Source: Azospirillaceae bacterium
Lineage (GTDB): Bacteria; Pseudomonadota; Alphaproteobacteria; Azospirillales; Azospirillaceae
Direction of reading: 5' to 3'
Length of the DNA stretch: 63,051 bases
Assembly (NCBI GenBank): GCA_035627915.1
Contig: DASPKT010000427.1
Location: 1-63,051 of the forward strand
Shown here one piece after another: positions 62,307 through 63,051 of the stretch. Position 1 is the stretch's first letter. The number at the start of each line of letters is the position of its first letter. The translations under genes and the position numbers were made by a program. A model generated the notes under the pieces. It was not told the DNA's origin. It saw only the letters and a program-made list of their open reading frames with translations, and did not search any database.

Positions 62307-62490
62307 GTCGGAACCTCCCCGCAGAGGGCCATGTCTCCGGGATAGGCCCGCCCCCGGCCGGATGCAACGGCGCATCCGGGGCGCATCCGGGGTGCCGGCC
62401 GCCACCCCCTCCGGGCAGGACTCGCCCACGTTGACATCGCCCGCCCGGAGGCCCTAACTGCCGCGCGGACAATGGCGGGGGGGGAAGAGG

Positions 62491-63051
62491 ATGACGGGCG
62501 CGGTGCCCCGGACGGGTGGGCGCATCCTGGTGGACGCGCTGGTGGCGCAGGGTGCCGAGCTTGCCTTCTGCGTGGCGGGGGAGAGCTACCTGGACGTGCT
62601 GGACGCGGCGCTGGACCGGCCGCAGCTGCGCCTCGTCACCTGCCGGCAGGAGGGCGGGGCCGCCTTCATGGCGGAGGCCTACGGGAAGCTCACCGGCCGG
62701 CCCGGCATCGTCATGGTCACCCGCGGCCCCGGCGCCTGCAACGCCGCCATCGGCGTGCACACCGCCATGCAGGACAGCACGCCCATGATCCTGCTGGTCG
62801 GCCAGATCGAGCGCGGCCAGGCCGAGCGCGAGGCCTTCCAGGAGATCGACTACCGCCGGATGTACGGCCAGATGGCGAAGTGGGTCGCGCAGATCGACCG
62901 CGTGGAGCGCATCCCGGAGTACGTGAGCCGCGCGTTCCACACCGCGACTGCCGGGCGACCGGGCCCGGTCGTGCTCGCGCTGCCGGAGGACACGCTCTTC
63001 TCGGAGGCGGCGGTCGCGGATGCGCCGAAGCATCACGTCGTGCGCGGCGCG
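62491..63051 (+). CDS. Thiamine-diphosphate-dependent enzyme, acetolactate-synthase-large-subunit-like (5' partial)
   Basis: MTGAVPRTGGRILVDALVAQGAELAFCVAGESYLDVLDAL...CRQEGGAAFMAEAYGKLTGRPGIVMVTRGPGACNA... is the ThDP N-terminal Pyr domain. The frame is open to the window edge. It is not in the ORF track because it has no stop. Confidence 0.75.
   Translation, partial: MTGAVPRTGGRILVDALVAQGAELAFCVAGESYLDVLDAALDRPQLRLVTCRQEGGAAFMAEAYGKLTGRPGIVMVTRGPGACNAAIGVHTAMQDSTPMILLVGQIERGQAEREAFQEIDYRRMYGQMAKWVAQIDRVERIPEYVSRAFHTATAGRPGPVVLALPEDTLFSEAAVADAPKHHVVRGA

Overview
Very GC-rich bacterial chromosomal segment. Gene content and REP-type repeats suggest an alphaproteobacterium, possibly Rhodospirillales-like, but this is inference only. 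No rRNA, tRNA, CRISPR array, integrase or transposase was recognised. All family calls rest on motifs read by eye, and no searches were run.

Gene content, left to right:
- Tad/Flp pilus assembly block: tail of a probable cpaC, then cpaD, cpaE, cpaF, tadB, tadC and a convergent TPR lipoprotein (1-6738).
- MarR regulator, DUF2336 protein and a MarR-GNAT fusion (6902-10124).
- Nine-gene, tightly coupled operon that starts with inositol-3-phosphate synthase (10509-18839). It also encodes a histidine phosphatase, two glycosyltransferases, a nucleotidyltransferase, a SAM methyltransferase, a GH-like TIM-barrel protein, a PIG-L deacetylase and a CelD/Fem-like GNAT.
- DUF4160/DUF2442 pair split by a 286-bp MITE, then a convergent amylo-alpha-1,6-glucosidase.
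- Gluconolactonase, Lrp regulator, aldose epimerase and a HigBA-like toxin-antitoxin pair.
- A 20.6-kb island (25155-45749), described below.
- Ser/Thr dehydratase, PIN toxin-antitoxin pair, mfd, coxB-coxA, a NitT/TauT-type ABC importer, a DUF3422 protein, mobB-moeA, mobA-fdhD and the start of a ThDP enzyme.

The 25155-45749 island is the most interesting candidate system. It contains:
- a sigma-54 enhancer-binding response regulator and a histidine kinase with almost no periplasmic loop;
- two near-identical sigma-54 promoters that share the same TGTCCG-N4-CGGACA upstream palindrome;
- a ~50-aa membrane peptide gene immediately downstream of each promoter;
- five paralogous ~820-aa duplicated FtsX/MacB-type permeases, one alone and four in tandem;
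- only one ABC ATPase and one HlyD-type adaptor, and no outer-membrane factor;
- a hybrid sensor kinase between the two operons.

The inositol operon is the second candidate. Its enzyme set echoes mycothiol and bacillithiol logic.

Intergenic regions carry several families of REP/MITE-like palindromic repeats. Many long ORFs in the six-frame track are GC-driven shadow frames and were rejected.
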